From the NCBI RefSeq assembly GCF_009914755.1, contig NC_060937.1: a stretch of DNA of 64,000 bases. The stretch is one strand, 5' to 3'. The DNA comes from the human T2T-CHM13v2.0 reference genome, Homo sapiens. The position numbers and the translations under genes are program-made. Position 1 is the stretch's first letter; every line of letters starts with the position of its first letter. Of this stretch, positions 58,801-64,000 are shown piece after piece. The notes below the pieces were generated by a model. That model was given only the letters and a program-made list of their open reading frames with translations. It did not search any database and was not told where the DNA came from.

Positions 58801-59069
58801 TTTTTTTTTTTTTTTGAGACAGAATTTTGCTCTTGTTGCCCAGGCTGGAGTACACTGGCTCAATCTTGGCTCACCGCAACCTCTGCCTCCTGGGTTCAAG
58901 TGATTCTCCTCCCTCAGCCTTCTGAGTAGCTGGCATTACAGGCATGCACCACCATGCCAGGCTAATTTTGTATTTTTAATAGAGATGGGGTTTTCCATAT
59001 TGGTCAGACTGGTCTCGAACTCCCAACCTCAAGTGATCTGCCTGCCTCAGCCTCCCAAAGTGCTGGATT
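58801..59069 (-). mobile_element. AluSp/Sq, slightly 5'-truncated
   Basis: ttttgctcttgttgcccagg diagnostic; ends at aaagtgctggatt. Confidence 0.9.
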
Positions 59070-59704
59070 GCAACTATTTCCTGAAATCCATTACTTTCAT
59101 AAAGAAATCTACTCTTAACACCAAGCCTGTGCCTGACCAAACACCACTGTCCCAATACATCAGTGATATATTTACTCCCCACTAATTATTTCCTTGAGAT
59201 TTTTTGAATTATTAACTTTTCTACAGAATAAAGAAACATAATTATGAAGACAAATGTTATAATTCACTATGTTGAGAAATAGTTTAACATGAATTATACT
59301 TTAAGCCCATGGATGAAAGTTTGTTCTTGGTAATTTTCTTTCAACACAATGACTTTTACCCCATTCTTAAGCAATTTAAACACCTAACAGGATTGCAAAC
59401 ACTTTCTGTCATCTTCACTAGGCCATTGGTTAATTTCTGAAAGTCTACAGAAAAATAAATTTAAAAAGCAATGCACTTCTAATTATAAGATGTGAGTTCT
59501 GCCAGGTTCACCCCTATGCCCCACAAAAATTAACTTTTGGTGGTTTCAGATTTCTCATCCCCAACACTGCCTCACCTAAATGGAGCTGGATTTGATGTGT
59601 AATTGACAACTTTTCAACACCTACAATTTTTGACATATTCTAATCCATATTGGTAGCTCTATTTTTAAGTATATTTTCTGCTGAAAATACTATTGCCACT
59701 AATA

Positions 59705-59909
59705 ATACATGTCTACCTTTTTATTAATCAATAGTAGATGCATGTCCAGTTACCTAGCTATTTAGGGTTTCTTGTGAGAATGAAATAATAATTATTGTCA
59801 ACTGTTACTGATGATACATGTCTACCTTTTTGTTAATCAATAGTAGATGCATGTCTAGTTACTTAGCTATTTAGGGTTTCCTGTGAGAATGAAACAATCA
59901 TTGTTGTCA
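59705..59909 (+). repeat. tandem duplication, 109-bp period
   Basis: 59705-59800 vs 59814-59909: 7 mismatches in 96 bp. Confidence 0.95.
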
Positions 59910-60760
59910 TTCTTAATTGATGTAACTTTAGCCAAAAGAAAAAAGTCTTAATATTTCAAGTAGTCTGAACTGCATCAGCACCAACGTAGCTTAGATCCCT
60001 TTTCTCAATTTTATATTGGGAACCATTTCACCAGATGATCTCAGATACTTTCCCTCACAACCATTTGATAAAGCATCATTCAATCACTCACAAGCAAGTT
60101 GAAAAAGCATCGTGATGTCTTTAAAGTATAATCCTGCCATGTCAACTTTAAAAATGAAACATATTTAGGCTATACCATCAGCTGTAGCAAGCAGGGATCC
60201 TATGCAGATTTTCAGGTACTTCTCCCATCCAATGGGTTCACTGCAGTATTGCTGTATTGAATTTCCACATGAGGAGCCAGCAATCTACACTGAAGGAGAA
60301 TGTACCTGTCTACTGGCACAACGCAGCAAGAGCCCTATGTATGGAACACCTTCAGGCCACACCCTGAGGAACAGACAAAGTTATATGCAGTTCAGTATCC
60401 GTCTTCTTACAAACTATTTGATAGAACAAGATATAGCCACATTTCATAAACCGAATAATACAGCATAACAAATTGTCCGGGACAATTAATTATATAGTGA
60501 CTGCTATGACTTCTGAAGAGTCTCGGGAAAGCTTCATGGATAAGTCTGACTCAAATCAACAAGAAGGATGGTTGTGATTTAGATTGGCTGAAGCAAGGAG
60601 GCCACCATTCCAGACCAGAAATCTCTTTCCAAAGAGCAAAATCAAACTAATTTTTAGGGGCAGAAAACATGTTTTCTTGCTTGAACTAGTGTATTCTGAA
60701 GGAGCGACAGCTAAAGATATTTACATTAGAAAGAAACAACTAATTAGTGATGATCCTGTG

Positions 60761-61132
60761 TGATATGGTTTGGCTGTGTTCCTACCCAAATCTCATCTTG
60801 AATTGTAGTTCCCATAATCCCCACATGTAGTGGGTAGGGCCCAGTGGAACGTAATTGAATCATGGGGGCAGTTACCCTCATGCTGTTCTCTTGATAGTGA
60901 TTGAATTCTCACTAGAGTTGATTGTTTTATAAGGGGATTTTACCCCTTGGCTTGGCATTTCTCTCTCCTGCTGCCTTGTAAGAAGGACATGTTGCTTCCC
61001 CTTCCACCATGATTGTAAGTTTCCTGAGGCCTTCCCAGCAATGTGGAGCTGTGAGTCAATTAAATCTTTTTCCTTTATAAATCACCCAGTCTCGAGTATT
61101 TCTTCATAGCAGCGTGAGAACAGACCAATACA
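60761..61132 (+). mobile_element. THE1 (THE1C/D-like) solo LTR
   Basis: tgatatggtttggctgtgt...ccatgattgtaagtttcctgaggcc...aataca; 5-bp TSD ctgtg. Confidence 0.94.
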
Positions 61133-63180
61133 CTGTGTTACTCAGATTATATGCAAAAGTTCATTGAAAAAAAGAAAACATTTGCACAGATCATTAGTTT
61201 GAGAAAAGGTGATTCTTTCCCTTTCGCACTTACCAGGAAGATAAAAGGAAGGAGCTGATGAGCACATAAGAAAGGAGTTGTGAGTACAAGGATTTTTATC
61301 ACAGAGACCAGCAGTAAAGCAGTTTCCTGAGAATGGCCCAAGAGAAGCACGGAAGGAAATTTATATTAAAATTCTGGTGTATTTCCCAGATGTTTCCCAC
61401 GTCTAGACAGTTAGTGAACAGAGATGAATATCTTTAGTCTTACTTAATGTAGCAAAAATCTCCCCTTTTTAAAATGTCTGCCTAGACTTCCAAAGTGGGT
61501 GTGACTTAGAACTGATAGTCAAAGTATGACTCAAACAATAGGAAGCTAATGTGAATTTATCTAATTTTTGTGTTCTGTTTTCATAAGGAGAGCTGATAGT
61601 TTCCTTGGTATCAAGACCTTTTTTAAAAGGAAAAAAAATAAGAAAATGGAAAACAACAAAAACAAAAAAAAAACAGTTGATCTGATTCTGTGGCCTGACC
61701 AAAATACCTAGTGTCAAATGCTTTTGTAAAAAAAAATTCAACTTTCTTGGAATTGTTTTGTGACATTAAGATAGTGTTAGTTCCCATATCCTATCTCTCA
61801 TATGAAGCTTCATTGAATTCCAGCATAGGAAGAGACTCAAGAATTCAGCTACTCCTACCTTTCACTGCAGAAGCTATGATGGAGCCCAGGGAGTATTTTT
61901 AATGAGCCAACAACCTCATCCTAATGCCAAAAAGCTCTCTGTAGTTATTTTGAAAATGCAAGATGGTCATCATCTCATCAGAGAAGGAATGTATAGGTAC
62001 AGATTAATAAATACACGAATGAAAAAAATCCATGCCACTTTCTCAGTGTGGTAAAGAATTTTCATGACCACTGATGAATACAATACTTTACTTTGATTTA
62101 TTGTAGCTAAAAAGAAATTTTTTTAAGAAAAATTGTTTCTGAGAAAGGCAGAGTTGAATTAGTTTGAGAAGAATTTGAGCCTGAGGAAAGAAGCATTATC
62201 ACTGCTGCATCCTTGGCAGCCTAGCAGAGAATTCTGGTAACTCTTACACTTAAATTTCCATTCTGGGACTGAGAACCTGCTTTCTTACAGGTTTTGCTTA
62301 GGAAGTACAGCACATCTGATGACTTCTGCTTAGAGATTGTCACATCTTGAAAAATATTTCCTTCATATAGAGTGCATAGGACTCTAGACTTTAAAATATC
62401 CACGTTTGATATAGACATGTTAATTAACTTTAGCACTGTACTAAGTGACTCTCTAGTGTCCGGAGTACTACATGGAGCACGCATACTTCTGAGTCAAGTG
62501 ATTATTAAAGCCAATCAAAGATGCCCATTTATGTAGTATGAGCTGCATTATTTTTCAATTTAAATATGGTGTTGTCATAGAAAAGTCAACATGAACAAAT
62601 GTGAGAGGAAAATCAGTGTGATAATTCCAACCTTCGAAATACTGGAAGAGTAGACAGTGTTGCCTTAGACATGATTGGATTCTTTACATCTGTCACTGTC
62701 CCCTCTAACTGAGTTCCAGCTTCATGGTCTCAAGAGGCTTGAGTTCATTTTTTTAACAGAAATATCTCTCCCCAAATCACTTACATCACAGGAACATTTA
62801 AAAAATAGAAGAGAACACAAAAAAAGCTCCTAAGTGGTAGTTACTGAAGCTACACACAAAAAAGCATAGGGCCTTATTTCCAAATTTACACTAAGTAATT
62901 ATCTTACTTCATTTTCTCATTATATGATTTTAAGAAATCCATGATAGAAATGTAATATGAAAATACAACCAAAGTCTTTAATACTAATTCCTATAGTGTT
63001 AAAATACTGTGAGCACGGAAGAAAAAATCAACAAAACTAGGGTAGTAGTATCGTCCTAGAAATTCTTTAAATAATTGAATAAGTAAAAACGTATTGCTAG
63101 GTAAAAACATCTTATATCCAGCCCATTGATGATATTAGGTCCTCAGTAATTGTTGAATTGCAAATTCGTAAGACTACTGT

Positions 63181-63492
63181 TATTTTTTTTTATTCTTTTT
63201 TTTTTTTTTTTTTGAGCAGAGTATTGCTCTGTCGCCCTGGCTGGAGTCAGTGGTGCAATCTCGGCTCACTGCAAGCTCTGCTTCCCGAGTTCACGCCATT
63301 CTCCTGCCTCAGCCTCCCAAGTAGCTGAGACTACAGGCGCCCGCCACCACGCCCGGCTAATTTTTTGTATTTTTAGTAGAGATGGGGTTTCACCGTGTTA
63401 GCCAGGATGGTCTCGATCTGCTGACTTTGTGATCCGCCCGCCTCGGCCTCCCAAAGTTCTGGGATTACAGGCGTGAGCCACCGCGCCTAGCC
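63181..63492 (-). mobile_element. AluY
   Basis: Full dimer; gcaagctctgc; ttcacgccattctc. Confidence 0.95.
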
Positions 63493-63804
63493 TATTGTTT
63501 GTTTGCGGTTTTTTTGTTTGTTTGTTTGTTTGTTTGTTTTTTAAATTCTAAAGCTCTGGTATTTTTTCTGGTTTTGTCAACAGTCACTCGAAGGTTCTTT
63601 TGACCTTTGCCAGGAGAATTTCCTTTACTTCTGTTCTGATTTCGATTCTGTTTCCCTGGTCCTGTGCCTTTCTCTCTCTTTTGGATCACTTTTCACTTTA
63701 GGGTAAGACATATTCCAGAGTTCCCTGAGAGACGGTACTTGGCAGGTCAATTTTCTGAGAATTCACATATCTGAAAATGTCTTTATTATACTCATTATTT
63801 TGAC

Positions 63805-64000
63805 TCCCTCCACTCTGCCACCCTCTTTTCCCCACTCCCTCTCCCCACCCTATTTTTACCATCCATCTACCCAAAAACATTTTCCCCCACCTTCGTTTTC
63901 CCACCCTCTTCTCCCCACTGCCTTCTCCCACCTCCCTCTTGCCACCGTCTTTGCCCCAGACTTTCTCCCCATTCCTCCTGGCCACCCTCATTCCCCCCTC
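63805..64000. repeat. degenerate C/T-rich repeat running off the window end
   Basis: Recurring ccaccctc/ttcccc units. Confidence 0.8.

Overview
AT-rich, repeat-dense human intergenic DNA; a full-length AluYb8, a human-specific subfamily, fixes the species. No intact protein-coding gene, tRNA/rRNA gene or CRISPR array is supported. The window holds two minus-strand processed pseudogenes: a young, full-length ferritin heavy chain copy (one nonsense codon, intact iron-responsive element) and an older, rearranged DDX39A copy. From recall of annotation, this pair suggests FTH1P7/DDX39AP1 at chr13q12.11 (unverified). The rest is about 22 Alus, L1/L2/MIR fragments, solo LTRs (LTR12, MER50, MST, THE1), an MLT1 LTR with internal remnant, DNA-transposon relics and microsatellites. 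I found no convincing new biological system. The least-explained structures are a degenerate ~700-bp fold-back at ~20.6-21.3 kb, a 142-bp inverted copy of part of the DDX39A pseudogene at 20.03 kb, and a ~270-bp foreign insert inside that pseudogene. Subfamily names and old-repeat boundaries are by-eye calls and approximate. Parent-gene comparisons use sequences recalled from memory.
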